Translations under genes and position numbers: made by a program
Part shown: in pieces, positions 44,344 to 54,406 of the stretch
Position numbering within the stretch: position 1 is the stretch's first letter
Layout of the letters: each line of letters begins with the position of its first letter
Source of the DNA: an uncultured Bacteroides sp.
GTDB lineage: Bacteria > Bacteroidota > Bacteroidia > Bacteroidales > GCA-2748055
DNA length: 64,000 nt
Direction: 5' to 3'
Assembly: GCA_964467775.1 (NCBI GenBank)
Contig: CAYXUD010000008.1
Coordinates: 20,951-84,950, forward strand
Notes under the pieces: model-generated
Told to the model about the DNA's origin: nothing
What the model saw: the letters and a program-made list of their open reading frames with translations, nothing else
The model's database searches: none

Positions 44344-45333
44344 CTAAATTTTGGGACTTTTTATTGCCCTGTGTTTCGTTGATTTTTGAAGGTTTTCGAA
44401 AACTACCACCAGCGATATTTCATGGGCCCCCATGCTCGGAATATGCAGGTCGGGGGATGAAAGCTTGGCATCATAGCTGTAGCGGAACCTGAATTGATCC
44501 CTGGCATAGCCCACTGAGAAGACCATTGTCCCGTATGAAAACAGAAGGTCCTGCCGGAGCCATATCCCTCCCAGCAGGCTCCTGAAGAGAACCTCGAGCC
44601 CGTAATTGACCTGTTGATAAATATCCTGCTGGATAAACACCAGGTTGGGCGACATCTGCAAGACTTCGCGGCCCAGCCTTTTCTCGTATACGGGGAACAT
44701 GGCGCCCACGTGCACCGAGTATCTCCTTGAAAGCCTGGTGTTAGGGTCCCCGGAGGGAGACATGTATGGCTGAAGCAGGTGGTGGCAGGCAAATCCGCCG
44801 TAAAGGTTCTTATAGAAGGCTCCCATTCCCAGCGCAAAATCGGGATAGACCTTTGAATAACCCTGGAGCGCAGCTGAGGCGGAACCGGCCAGTTCATCGG
44901 GGAGGACCAGCCCGTCAGGGTTCATATTCCTCTGTCCCACCGAGGCCTGGAATCCCCCGGTCACGGTGAGCTGGCGGGTCACCTTCAGGTGGTATGCGTA
45001 GATGGCATCGAGGGAAACGGTGTTGAAGATCCCCCCGCCCTGCCTGTCATTGATCACATGGACCCCGATCCCGCCCTGGAGTGGCTCCAGGAACTGCTCA
45101 TAGGAGGCATGGTAGGTTGAATAGGGGCTTGCCCCTCCCGGCCAGTGGTTGCGGTATCCAAGGTAGATCTTGGCAGGGCCTTCGAGGCCGGCCATGGCAG
45201 GGTTCATGAAGAGGGGATTGGCATAGAACTGGGACATGGAAGGATCCTGAGCCACGCTCCCGGTGGCTGCCAGGCAGATCAACCCCAGCAACAACCCGGT
45301 CCTTATTTGTCCGTTCTTAAAGTTCATCGCCAT
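44344..45333 (-). CDS. PorP/SprF-family type IX secretion system membrane protein
   Basis: 329 aa with a signal peptide. Hallmark N-terminus AQDPSMSQFYANPLFMNPAMAG and a beta-barrel pattern through to the C-terminus. Confidence 0.88.
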   Translation of the reverse strand: MAMNFKNGQIRTGLLLGLICLAATGSVAQDPSMSQFYANPLFMNPAMAGLEGPAKIYLGYRNHWPGGASPYSTYHASYEQFLEPLQGGIGVHVINDRQGGGIFNTVSLDAIYAYHLKVTRQLTVTGGFQASVGQRNMNPDGLVLPDELAGSASAALQGYSKVYPDFALGMGAFYKNLYGGFACHHLLQPYMSPSGDPNTRLSRRYSVHVGAMFPVYEKRLGREVLQMSPNLVFIQQDIYQQVNYGLEVLFRSLLGGIWLRQDLLFSYGTMVFSVGYARDQFRFRYSYDAKLSSPDLHIPSMGAHEISLVVVFENLQKSTKHRAIKSPKI

Positions 45334-45446
45334 TGGGCTCAGCTCCTCTTTAACAACTTTCAGATTTCAACTGATATCTTTGTTGCGGCAACAAAGATTT
45401 GCAAGATCCGTTATAGTATCAACGATAAATCGAACGGTTTCATACA

Positions 45447-45454
45447 TATTTTTG
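45447..45454 (+). promoter_or_regulatory. -7 promoter box TATTTTTG
   Basis: Exact TAnnTTTG match 22 nt upstream of the porU ATG at 45476. Confidence 0.45.
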
Positions 45455-45475
45455 TTGCCGATTGCACAGTTAGAG

Positions 45476-48400
45476 ATGAAGAAGCTGGTAATACTCCTGT
45501 TCGTCCTGATGCCGGCGGCATTGCCGGGACAGACTGAATCCATTGTTATAGAATGGGATAAGGACCATGGCACCCTCTTCTTTCCCCATGCTTTATACGA
45601 GGACGGAGAGAATACGTTACCTTATTACACCCGTAAAACAGCCTGGGACCACGAGGGAATGCTGCCGGTGGTCCGGCTCCGCGTGAAGGAGACCCTGCTG
45701 CTGGCCGGGGATGAAGTGCCCCCCAATGCCCCTGTTGAGCACCTGGAACAGGCGCCGCTCCTTGAATATGCGCTCGTCCGCGAGGCGAAACGGTCCTACG
45801 TTGCGCTGAAGATGCTTCCCTTTGTGATCAATGAATCGGGCGGAATAGAACGGGTAAACTCCTTTGAGATCGAGTATGGCATGGAGAGGGCGCTGGCACC
45901 GCTTAAGAGCCACAGGAAAGGATCCTGGTCAGGCCACTCGGTCCTTGCCACAGGCAACTGGTACAGGGTCTCCGTGGAGCAGAGCGGCATGCACCGGCTC
46001 AGCTACGAACAGCTGAAGGAGATAGGGCTCCAGAACCCGGCTGCAGTAAGGATCTACGGCACAGGGGCCAGGCTTCTTCCCGAAAAATTCTCGGAAGGGT
46101 ACTGCGATGACCTCTCCCCGGTCCCCGTTCACATGGAAAAAGGAAGCGACGGTACCTTTGGTCCCGGCGACCATCTCCTGTTCTATGCGGAGGGCCCTGT
46201 GAGCTGGGATTACAGTGACCAGGAAGGGGTCTTCCTCCACCACCTGCACGACTACTCCTGGAAGGGCTACTATTTTCTGACCGACAGCCAGGGCCCGGCA
46301 GTGACCCCGGAGCAGGCCACGCTGAGCACCGAAGTTCCCACCCATACCGTATCCCGGTATGATTTCAGGGACTTTTTTGAAGAGGAGACCTATAACCTGC
46401 TCAACTCGGGGAAGGAGTGGTACGGGGACCTCTTCAGCGTGAACCTGGAGTATAACTACCCGTTCAGGCTCCCGGGCAGCATGACCGATGATTCCCTGGA
46501 GATCAGGGTGACCGTGGCAGCCCGGTCAGTCGATACCTCCAGCTTCCTTATAAGTGCCAGCAATCACCACCTGGGAAGCATTAAACTGAGGGGAACCAAC
46601 CTGAGCGTTTATACATCCCAGTACGCCTTTGAGGGTACAGGGATATTCCACCTGGTGCCCGGATCGGACGAAGTGACCGTCACCCTTACATACGACAGGC
46701 CCGATTCCAATTCCGAAGGATGGCTGAATTGCATCACCATCAACGGACGGAGTAAACTGGCCATGTCGGGTGAGGATGAATTCCTCTTCCGGGACAGCAG
46801 GAGCGCCGGGCCGGGCCATGTATCAGAGTTTCACCTGGGCTTGACCGGCGAACCGGTCATCTGGGACATCACCGATCCAGCCGCGCCACTGATAGTCCCC
46901 TACAGCAGGTCCGGGTCTGAAGCGGTCTTTACCCTGGAATCCAGCGGTATACGTGAATTCATTGCCTTCCTGCCGGAGGGCACTTTCCCAGCACCCCGCT
47001 TTTCCGGCGAAGGATTGGGTGCCATCGAAAACCAGGATCTTCACGGACTGCAGAACCCGGACATGGTGATCGTTGCTCCCGGGGAGTTCCTTCAGCCTGC
47101 CCGGCAGCTGGCCGGTTACCGGGAGAACAGTGACAATCTCGAGGTGGCTGTGGTCCTGCAGCAGCAGGTGTTCAACGAATTCTCCTCGGGCACCCCGGAT
47201 GTGACAGCCATCCGCAACTTCATGAAGATGTTCTACGACCGTTCGGGCGGCACGGATGACTATTGCCGTTACCTGCTGCTCTTCGGGGACGGATCCTATG
47301 CCAACCGGAACAATCCCGGGAAGAAGAACAATCCCAACCGCATCCTCACCTACCAGTCATTAAACTCCCTTTCTCCCACCAGTTCCTACGTATCGGACGA
47401 TTTCTTCGGGATGCTGGATACCGATGAGGGCATGACAAACGGATTGCTGGATATAGGGATCGGCCGGCTTCCGGCTTCCACGGTGGAAGAGGCCGGAGAA
47501 CTTGTGGAGAAGATCACCGCCTACAACGAAGTGGCCAATCAGGGGAACTGGCGCAACCAGCTCTGCTTCATCGGTGATGATGAGGATTCGAACAGGCATA
47601 TGGAGCAGGCCGATGAGCTGGCCACTTATGTAAAAGAACACCATCCGGCCTACAACATCAACAAGATCTACCTCGATGCCTACCCACAGGAGAAAGGCGC
47701 CACCGGATTCCGTTACCCGGAGGTGAACAGGGCCATCAACGACCAGGTGAACAGGGGCGCACTGATCGTGAACTATACAGGGCACGGGGGACAGGCGGGA
47801 CTGGCGCATGAACAGGTGGTGACAAAAAACGACATCAATTCCTGGAACAACGGTGAGGCGCTTCCCCTGTTCATGACCGCCACCTGTGAATTCAGCAGGT
47901 ATGATGAGTATGATTATGCGCAGGACCAGGAGGTGACCTCGGCCGGCGAGGAGGTCCTGCTGAACACCCGGGGAGGAGGGATCGGACTTTTCACCACCAC
48001 CCGGCTGGTCTATTCAGGACCCAACCATGCACTGAACGAGTGGTTCTACCGGAAAGTGTTCGAGAAGGATGAGAACCTTGAGAACTACAGGCTCGGGGAT
48101 ATCATTGCATACAGCAAGAACAGCACCGGGCCGGAGATCAACAAGCTCAATTTCACATTGCTGGGTGACCCTTCGATGCGGCTGGCCTATCCCCGGCACA
48201 GGGTGGTGACCGATTCCATCAACGGTATGGATATCCGGTTGATGGAAGACACCCTGTCGGCCTTTGAGTGGGTGACCGTTTCGGGACACCTTGAAACCCA
48301 GGAGGGGATATTCCTGGAGGATTACAACGGGACGGTCTCCCCGATGGTCTTTGACAAGGAGAAGAACGTGGAGACCCTTTCGAACGATAATGATCCGAAA

Positions 48401-49273
48401 TATCATTACAAGGCAAGGAACAGCATCCTTTACAGCGGAACAGCCACCGTTGCCGGTGGAAGGTTCACCTTTGGTTTCTTCGTTCCCAAGGACATCAATT
48501 ACTCCTATGGAAAGGGGAAGATCAGCTATTACAGCCAGAACTCCCTGGTGGATGCCCAGGGCTACTGTGACCAGTTCGACGTGGGGGGCATCGGAAAGGA
48601 GAATGCCCTCGATCCTGAGGCGCCGGAGATCATGCTCTACCTGAATGACACCTTTTTCATTTCAGGAGGGATCACCGATCCCAGCCCCACCCTGCTGGTA
48701 CACGCCCGTGACAACTTCGGGATCAATACCACGGGGAATGGCATCGGGCATGACCTGACAGCCACCCTGGACGGTAACCGGATGAATGCTGTTATTCTCA
48801 ACGAACTGTTCCAGGCGAACAGGGACAGCTACAATTCAGGGACCATCCGTTATCCTTACACCGGCCTGGAGGCAGGGAGGCATGAGATCACCGTGAAGAT
48901 CTGGGATATCCACAACAATTCGACTGAATCGAGCATTGAATTCCTGGTGGTGGATTCGCAGGAGATGTTGCTGGAACAGCTTTTCAATTACCCCAATCCC
49001 TTCACAGGGCAGACATGGTTCAATATCACGCACAACCGGCCGGAAAGTGAAATGAGGCTGGTGCTGACCATCTGCAACCTGTCCGGTGAAGTGGTGAGGA
49101 TCATTGAAAGGCAGCTCTACTCGGGCGGGTACAGGCTTGAGCCCATCCCGTGGGACGGCACCTCTTCAGGAGGATCGAGACTGGGAGGAGGGATCTATAT
49201 CTACAGGGCGACACTCTCCACCGGGCAGGGGGAGGTGGCCTCCGCAAGCGGAAAACTGGTCCTGCTCAGATAA
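45476..49273 (+). CDS. porU: type IX secretion system sortase / C-terminal signal peptidase PorU (C25 gingipain-like)
   Basis: Track ORF 45263 trimmed to MKKLVILLFVLMPAALPGQ (signal peptide). C25 catalytic blocks NYTGHGGQAG (His) and FMTATCEFSRYD (Cys). C-terminal CTD-like domain with NYPNPF ... GIYIYR. Confidence 0.88.
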   Translation: MKKLVILLFVLMPAALPGQTESIVIEWDKDHGTLFFPHALYEDGENTLPYYTRKTAWDHEGMLPVVRLRVKETLLLAGDEVPPNAPVEHLEQAPLLEYALVREAKRSYVALKMLPFVINESGGIERVNSFEIEYGMERALAPLKSHRKGSWSGHSVLATGNWYRVSVEQSGMHRLSYEQLKEIGLQNPAAVRIYGTGARLLPEKFSEGYCDDLSPVPVHMEKGSDGTFGPGDHLLFYAEGPVSWDYSDQEGVFLHHLHDYSWKGYYFLTDSQGPAVTPEQATLSTEVPTHTVSRYDFRDFFEEETYNLLNSGKEWYGDLFSVNLEYNYPFRLPGSMTDDSLEIRVTVAARSVDTSSFLISASNHHLGSIKLRGTNLSVYTSQYAFEGTGIFHLVPGSDEVTVTLTYDRPDSNSEGWLNCITINGRSKLAMSGEDEFLFRDSRSAGPGHVSEFHLGLTGEPVIWDITDPAAPLIVPYSRSGSEAVFTLESSGIREFIAFLPEGTFPAPRFSGEGLGAIENQDLHGLQNPDMVIVAPGEFLQPARQLAGYRENSDNLEVAVVLQQQVFNEFSSGTPDVTAIRNFMKMFYDRSGGTDDYCRYLLLFGDGSYANRNNPGKKNNPNRILTYQSLNSLSPTSSYVSDDFFGMLDTDEGMTNGLLDIGIGRLPASTVEEAGELVEKITAYNEVANQGNWRNQLCFIGDDEDSNRHMEQADELATYVKEHHPAYNINKIYLDAYPQEKGATGFRYPEVNRAINDQVNRGALIVNYTGHGGQAGLAHEQVVTKNDINSWNNGEALPLFMTATCEFSRYDEYDYAQDQEVTSAGEEVLLNTRGGGIGLFTTTRLVYSGPNHALNEWFYRKVFEKDENLENYRLGDIIAYSKNSTGPEINKLNFTLLGDPSMRLAYPRHRVVTDSINGMDIRLMEDTLSAFEWVTVSGHLETQEGIFLEDYNGTVSPMVFDKEKNVETLSNDNDPKYHYKARNSILYSGTATVAGGRFTFGFFVPKDINYSYGKGKISYYSQNSLVDAQGYCDQFDVGGIGKENALDPEAPEIMLYLNDTFFISGGITDPSPTLLVHARDNFGINTTGNGIGHDLTATLDGNRMNAVILNELFQANRDSYNSGTIRYPYTGLEAGRHEITVKIWDIHNNSTESSIEFLVVDSQEMLLEQLFNYPNPFTGQTWFNITHNRPESEMRLVLTICNLSGEVVRIIERQLYSGGYRLEPIPWDGTSSGGSRLGGGIYIYRATLSTGQGEVASASGKLVLLR

Positions 49274-49368
49274 TTCCGCATGCATAATACTGATACATAT
49301 ATACTAAATCCGTTTTTCTTACGTACTTAAAATGTGCTGAAGATGACGGCTGTTTTCTGAAATCATGT

Positions 49369-49376
49369 TATATTTG
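49369..49376 (+). promoter_or_regulatory. -7 promoter box TATATTTG
   Basis: Exact TAnnTTTG match 19 nt upstream of the ATG at 49395. This supports the shorter porV start. Confidence 0.45.
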
Positions 49377-49394
49377 AAGATCAAAACCGAACAA

Positions 49395-50615
49395 ATGTCA
49401 AAAGGATTGAGGTCCGGGCTCATCGCGCTGGTTTCCGGATCGTTGCTTGTTACAACCATTCATCTGTCGGGCCAGATCAAATCAGGGGAACTGGACGGGA
49501 AGGTGCTGAATACCATTCAGACCGCGGTGCCGTTCCTGACCATTGCCCCCGATTCAAGGGCAGGGGCCATGGGCGATGTGGGTGCCGCCACAACACCGGA
49601 CGTGAACTCGCAGCACTGGAACATCGGGAAATACGCCTTCATCGAGAACAGGGGGGGATTTGCCATCTCCTACACCCCCTGGCTGAGGAACCTGATCCCC
49701 GATATCAACCTGGCCTATCTTGCAGGCTATTATAAAGTGGGTGATAAACAGGTGGTCAGCGCCTCGCTGCGCTATTTTTCCCTGGGCAATATTGTGTTCA
49801 CCGACCTGACCGGTAATGTCACGGGACAGTATAATCCCAATGAGTTTGCTGTGGATGCCGGCTATTCCAGGCTCTTTACCGACCACTTCTCCGGGGGGAT
49901 CGCCTTCAGGTTTGTCCGTTCGGACCTGACCCAGGGCCAGACTACTGCCGACGGCCAGGAGACACAGCCCGGCATCTCTTTCGGAGCCGACCTGGGGTTC
50001 TACTACCAGAACGATGTCAGCGTGGGTTCCAACGATGCACAGTGGGCCGTTGGTGCCAGCATCACCAACATGGGAACCCCGGTGGCCTATACTGCGGATG
50101 CCGAAAAGACACCTGTACCCACCAACCTGACCCTCGGCGGGCGGTTCAGTTACTATATCGATGATTACAATACCATCTCGGCACACCTGGACCTCAAGAA
50201 ACTGCTGGTGCCCACCCCTCCCGTCTATGATGACACGGCCTATGCCCAGGGCGACCTGATCGTCATTCGCGGCAAGGAGCCGCCGGGATCGGTGGTGGGG
50301 GGTATGTTCCAGTCCTTCTACGATGCACCCGGAGAAATCCGATCGGACGGGTCCTACAGCACCTTTGTGGAGGAGATGCATGAGATTGCCTTCAGCACGG
50401 GGCTGGAGTACTGGTACAGGAACCAGTTTTCCATCAGGGCAGGCTATTTCCACGAGCACTCCACCAAGGGCAACAGGAAATTCTTTACCGTGGGAGTTGG
50501 CCTGCAGCTCAATGTATTCTCCCTGGACTTCTCCTACCTGGTACCCACCAACGGGCAGAACAGTCCCCTGGCCAACACCCTGAGGTTCACACTCGGGTTT
50601 GAATTTCCGCAATAA
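49395..50615 (+). CDS. porV: type IX secretion system outer membrane channel/shuttle protein PorV (LptO)
   Basis: Trimmed to MSKGLRSGLIALVSGS. Hallmark block TAVPFLTIAPDSRAGAMGDVGAAT and a beta-barrel ending LRFTLGFEF. It sits immediately downstream of porU. Confidence 0.88.
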   Translation: MSKGLRSGLIALVSGSLLVTTIHLSGQIKSGELDGKVLNTIQTAVPFLTIAPDSRAGAMGDVGAATTPDVNSQHWNIGKYAFIENRGGFAISYTPWLRNLIPDINLAYLAGYYKVGDKQVVSASLRYFSLGNIVFTDLTGNVTGQYNPNEFAVDAGYSRLFTDHFSGGIAFRFVRSDLTQGQTTADGQETQPGISFGADLGFYYQNDVSVGSNDAQWAVGASITNMGTPVAYTADAEKTPVPTNLTLGGRFSYYIDDYNTISAHLDLKKLLVPTPPVYDDTAYAQGDLIVIRGKEPPGSVVGGMFQSFYDAPGEIRSDGSYSTFVEEMHEIAFSTGLEYWYRNQFSIRAGYFHEHSTKGNRKFFTVGVGLQLNVFSLDFSYLVPTNGQNSPLANTLRFTLGFEFPQ

Positions 50616-50632
50616 CCCTTTTTCCTCATTCC

Positions 50633-51115
50633 ATGGGATTCCGGATCGGTTTGGGATACGATGTTCACCGGCTGGAAAAGGAGAGGCCTTTCCGGCTCGG
50701 AGGTGTGGATATCGAACATGAAAAGGGGGCCGTCGGACACAGCGATGCCGATGTGCTGATCCACGCCATCTGTGATGCCCTGCTGGGTGCCGCTGCCCTC
50801 GGAGATATCGGCACGCATTTCCCAGACACGGATCCGGCCTACAGGGGGATCGACTCCACCCTCCTGCTGCAGCGTACCATGGCCCTGCTCCGTGAGCAGG
50901 GGTACGAGGTGGGAAATATCGACTCCACCGTTTGTCTCCAGCAGCCCAGGATCAAGCCTTACATCCCCGCGATGCGAAAGCAGATCGCCCGTTCCCTGGG
51001 TGTGGGGGAAGGGGTTGTTTCCGTAAAGGCAACCACGGAGGAAGGGCTTGGATTTACAGGCCGGCAGGAGGGAGTTTCCGCACTTGCAGTGGCCCTTGTC
51101 ACTCGGAACGAATAG
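50633..51115 (+). CDS. ispF: 2-C-methyl-D-erythritol 2,4-cyclodiphosphate synthase
   Basis: 160 aa. Blocks GYDVHRL and GHSDADVLIHAICDALLGA. Confidence 0.92.
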   Translation: MGFRIGLGYDVHRLEKERPFRLGGVDIEHEKGAVGHSDADVLIHAICDALLGAAALGDIGTHFPDTDPAYRGIDSTLLLQRTMALLREQGYEVGNIDSTVCLQQPRIKPYIPAMRKQIARSLGVGEGVVSVKATTEEGLGFTGRQEGVSALAVALVTRNE

Positions 51116-51224
51116 CAATCCCCGCTCCCGCCTGGAAGCATTTCATATGGGCCCATCCCGGGTTCTGGCCCCGTTGCAGATGAGGAGATTATCCCTATCT
51201 TTGCTGCTTATCGAATAACAATCC

Positions 51225-51590
51225 TTGAATAACGGTAAAACAGTGGTACTGGGCGCAAGCCCCAATCCGGTCAGGTTCTCCTGCAAGGCCGTCAAAAGCC
51301 TCATCCGGCACAACAGGGAGGTTGTGGCTGTCGGGTTCCGGAGCGGACTGATCGAGGAGCAGGAGATACTTGTGGGCCGGCCGGCCATCGAAAACGTGCA
51401 TACGGTCTCCATATACATCGGGTCATCCAGGCAGACCGATTACTACGATTACATCATCTCGCTGAAACCCCGGAGGGTGATCTTCAACCCGGGCACCGTC
51501 AATCCCGAATTCATGGGCAGGCTGAACAACCTTGGCATCGAACCGGTGAATGGCTGCATGCTGGTGATGCTCAACGAAGGAGAATTCTGA
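51225..51590 (+). CDS. CoA-binding domain protein
   Basis: 121 aa with a TTG start. N-terminal block KTVVLGASPNPVRFSCKAV, typical of small CoA-binding proteins. Confidence 0.7.
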   Translation: MNNGKTVVLGASPNPVRFSCKAVKSLIRHNREVVAVGFRSGLIEEQEILVGRPAIENVHTVSIYIGSSRQTDYYDYIISLKPRRVIFNPGTVNPEFMGRLNNLGIEPVNGCMLVMLNEGEF

Positions 51591-51662
51591 ACCTGTACCG
51601 ATGACAGGCATCTGCTCACAGGAGATGCCGGAAGCGTTGATCAGCAGGGAGCGCGGGTTGCA

Positions 51663-53696
51663 CTAAAAGTATCCCTCCAGCAGATTGTCATCCACAAGGC
51701 TGGGCAGGGTCACAGTAAGACCAGGGGTACGTTCCATCTCCCCGGATATGGCACGGATCGCACCTTCGTTCCTGGCCCAGCTTCTGCGGGCTATGCCGTT
51801 GTTCACATCCCAGTGCAGCATCATTCCGAGCCGCCTCTCTGCCCCGGGGCTGCCATCCAGGACCAGGCCGAACCCTCCGTTGATCACTTCGCCCCAGCCT
51901 ACACCGCCACCGTTGTGAATGGAGACCCAGGTGGCCCCCCGGAACGCGTCCCCGATCACGTTCTGGATGGCCATATCGGCCGTAAATGCGGACCCGTCAT
52001 ATATATTGGAGGTTTCCCGGTAAGGTGAATCGGTCCCCGAAACATCATGATGGTCCCTTCCGAGCACCACGGGGCCCGTGATCCTTCCTTCACGGATGGC
52101 CTCATTGAAGGCCCTGGCTATGGCGATCCTTCCCTGGCTGTCCGCATAGAGGATCCTTGCCTGGGAGCCAACCACCAGGTGGTGGCTTCCGGCCTCCCTG
52201 ATCCAGTGGATGTTGTCCCTGAGCTGACCCGCGATCTCCCCGGGGGCCCGGCCGGCTATCTTCTGCAGCGCCTCCATGGCGATCCGGTCGGTCTCGGCCA
52301 GGTCGGCAGGGTCGGAGGAGGTACAGACCCACCTGAAGGGACCGAACCCGTAATCGAAGAAGAGGGGCCCCATGATGGCCTGTACATATGAGGGGTAGCG
52401 GTACCGCCTCTCACCCGCGAAAATATCGGCCCCCGCCCTGCCCGATTCAAGGAGGAACGCATTCCCGTAGTCCCAGAAGTACATGCCCCGGCCGCACAAC
52501 CCGTTGATGGCTTTCACCTGCCGCCTGAGCGATGCCTGAACGGCCTCCCGGAATTTTCCGGGCTCCTCTGATATCATGCGGCTGGCCCTTTCAAAATCGA
52601 TCCCTGCAGGGTAATAGCCCCCTCCATAGGGATTGTGAAGGGAGGTCTGGTCCGAACCCAGGTCCACGCGGACGCCCTTTTCCAGCAGGTACTCCCACAG
52701 ATCCACCACGTTCCCCCGGTAGGCCAGCGAGACCGCTTCCTTCCCGTTGCGTGCCCTCTCCATGCGGTTGACCAGTGTCTCCAGGTCATCATACACCTCA
52801 TCCACCCAGCCCTGTGCATGACGCGCGGCGGTGGCTTTCGGGTTGACCTCTGCCACCACGCAGATGCCTCCTGCAATGACGGTGGCTTTGGGCTGTGCCC
52901 CCGACATGCCCCCCAGCCCGGAGGTCACGAATACCCTGCCCGCCATCCCCGCTTCACCCCCGAACTTCAGCCGGGCAGCGTTCATCACCGTGATGGTGGT
53001 CCCGTGCACGATCCCCTGCGGCCCGATATACATGAAGGATCCGGCGGTCATCTGTCCGTACTGGGTAACCCCAAGGGCGTTCATCCGCTCATAGTCATCC
53101 TGCCCCGAGTAGTTGGGGATCACCATCCCGTTGGTAACCACCACCCTGGGTGCCTCCGCGTGCGAAGGGAAGAGGCCCAGCGGGTGTCCCGAATAGAGCA
53201 CCAATGTCTGCTCATCGCTCATCTCCGCAAGGTATTTCATGGTGAGCCTGTACTGTGCCCAGTTCTGGAAGACCGCCCCGTTTCCCCCGTAGGTGATCAG
53301 TTCGTCGGGATGCTGGGCCACAGCACGGTCCAGGTTGTTCGATAGCATCAGCATGACGGCCCCCGCCTGGAGGGACATGTGTGGAAACTCCTCCAGTCTC
53401 CTGGCAGTGATCTCATATTCGGGCCTGTACCTGTACATATAGATCCGCCCGTATTTTTCAAGCTCCGAGGCAAACTCCGCGGCCAGGACCGGGTGGTGTG
53501 CCGGCGGGATGTACCTGAGGGCGTTCCTCAGGGCCAGTCTCTTCTCTTCCGGGGTGAGAATGTCTTTCCGCCTGGGGGCATGGTTGAGGGCCGTGTCATA
53601 GGGTTTCTCCGGCGGAAGGGATGCCGGGATCCCTTCCAGGATCGCTGCTCTGAATGCTGATGGGTTCATGGTCAACAAGCTGTTAAGATGAAACAA
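51663..53696 (-). CDS. hutU: urocanate hydratase
   Basis: 677 aa (the start may be the second Met at 53669). Blocks TSGLGGMSGAQPKA, HNGGGVGWG and HWDVNNG. Confidence 0.9.
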   Translation of the reverse strand: MFHLNSLLTMNPSAFRAAILEGIPASLPPEKPYDTALNHAPRRKDILTPEEKRLALRNALRYIPPAHHPVLAAEFASELEKYGRIYMYRYRPEYEITARRLEEFPHMSLQAGAVMLMLSNNLDRAVAQHPDELITYGGNGAVFQNWAQYRLTMKYLAEMSDEQTLVLYSGHPLGLFPSHAEAPRVVVTNGMVIPNYSGQDDYERMNALGVTQYGQMTAGSFMYIGPQGIVHGTTITVMNAARLKFGGEAGMAGRVFVTSGLGGMSGAQPKATVIAGGICVVAEVNPKATAARHAQGWVDEVYDDLETLVNRMERARNGKEAVSLAYRGNVVDLWEYLLEKGVRVDLGSDQTSLHNPYGGGYYPAGIDFERASRMISEEPGKFREAVQASLRRQVKAINGLCGRGMYFWDYGNAFLLESGRAGADIFAGERRYRYPSYVQAIMGPLFFDYGFGPFRWVCTSSDPADLAETDRIAMEALQKIAGRAPGEIAGQLRDNIHWIREAGSHHLVVGSQARILYADSQGRIAIARAFNEAIREGRITGPVVLGRDHHDVSGTDSPYRETSNIYDGSAFTADMAIQNVIGDAFRGATWVSIHNGGGVGWGEVINGGFGLVLDGSPGAERRLGMMLHWDVNNGIARRSWARNEGAIRAISGEMERTPGLTVTLPSLVDDNLLEGYF

Positions 53697-53719
53697 AATT
53701 ACAAATTGTTCGCTTTATC

Positions 53720-53741
53720 GATTTTTTACCGATATTTTACC
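53720..53741. repeat. two tandem 11-mers GATTTTTTACC / GATATTTTACC in the hutU-lemA divergent region
   Basis: Adjacent copies with one mismatch and 11-bp periodicity. A GC hairpin TCAGGCC-GCT-GGCCTGA follows at 53744-53760. Confidence 0.5.
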
Positions 53742-53770
53742 GTTCAGGCCGCTGGCCTGATGACTTTTGT

Positions 53771-53778
53771 TAATTTTG
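53771..53778 (+). promoter_or_regulatory. -7 promoter box TAATTTTG
   Basis: Exact TAnnTTTG match 26 nt upstream of the lemA ATG. Confidence 0.45.
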
Positions 53779-53803
53779 GTCAGAATATTAAAACAAGAGA
53801 GAG

Positions 53804-54394
53804 ATGAATATGAAACAGAGAAACTGGGTGATCGTCGCCGTGATCATCCTGCTGCTGGTCTTCTGGGGTGTACGCAGGTACAACGGTTTTGTCACGCTCG
53901 AGGAGGGCGTCACGGGCCAGTGGGCCAACGTGGAGAATGTTTACCAGCGCCGGGCCGACCTGATCCCGAACCTCGTGAATACAGTGAAAGGGTACGCCGA
54001 TTTCGAACAGGAGACGCTGACACAGGTCATCGAGGCACGGGCAAAAGCCACCAGCATTACCGTTGATCCGGCCAATCTCAACCCTGAGGCGATTGCGGCT
54101 TTCCAGCAGGCTCAGGACGGATTGAGCTCCGCCCTTTCCAGGCTCCTGGTAACCATTGAGCGCTACCCTGACCTGAAGGCCAACCAGAATTTCCTTGAAC
54201 TGCAGGCGCAGCTGGAAGGCACCGAGAACCGCATCGCGGTGGAACGCCGGAAATTCAACGAGATCACCAGGGGTTACAACACCTCCATCAGGAAATTCCC
54301 GGCCAGTGTGATCGCAGGAATCACGGGGTTCGACCAGAAGGGCTACTTCGAGGCCGTCGAAGGCAGTGAAACTCCTCCTGTTGTCGAATTCTAG
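53804..54394 (+). CDS. lemA: LemA family protein
   Basis: 196 aa. One N-terminal TM helix and blocks YNGFVTLEE and ERYPDLKANQNF. Confidence 0.85.
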   Translation: MNMKQRNWVIVAVIILLLVFWGVRRYNGFVTLEEGVTGQWANVENVYQRRADLIPNLVNTVKGYADFEQETLTQVIEARAKATSITVDPANLNPEAIAAFQQAQDGLSSALSRLLVTIERYPDLKANQNFLELQAQLEGTENRIAVERRKFNEITRGYNTSIRKFPASVIAGITGFDQKGYFEAVEGSETPPVVEF

Positions 54395-54406
54395 GACCAG
54401 ACTGCT

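Noticed and set aside
45263-45475. 71-codon N-terminal extension of the porU ORF, overlapping the start of the PorP/SprF-family gene.
   Set aside because: The extension crosses the AT-rich divergent promoter region and contains a -7 box. A canonical signal peptide begins at the ATG at 45476.
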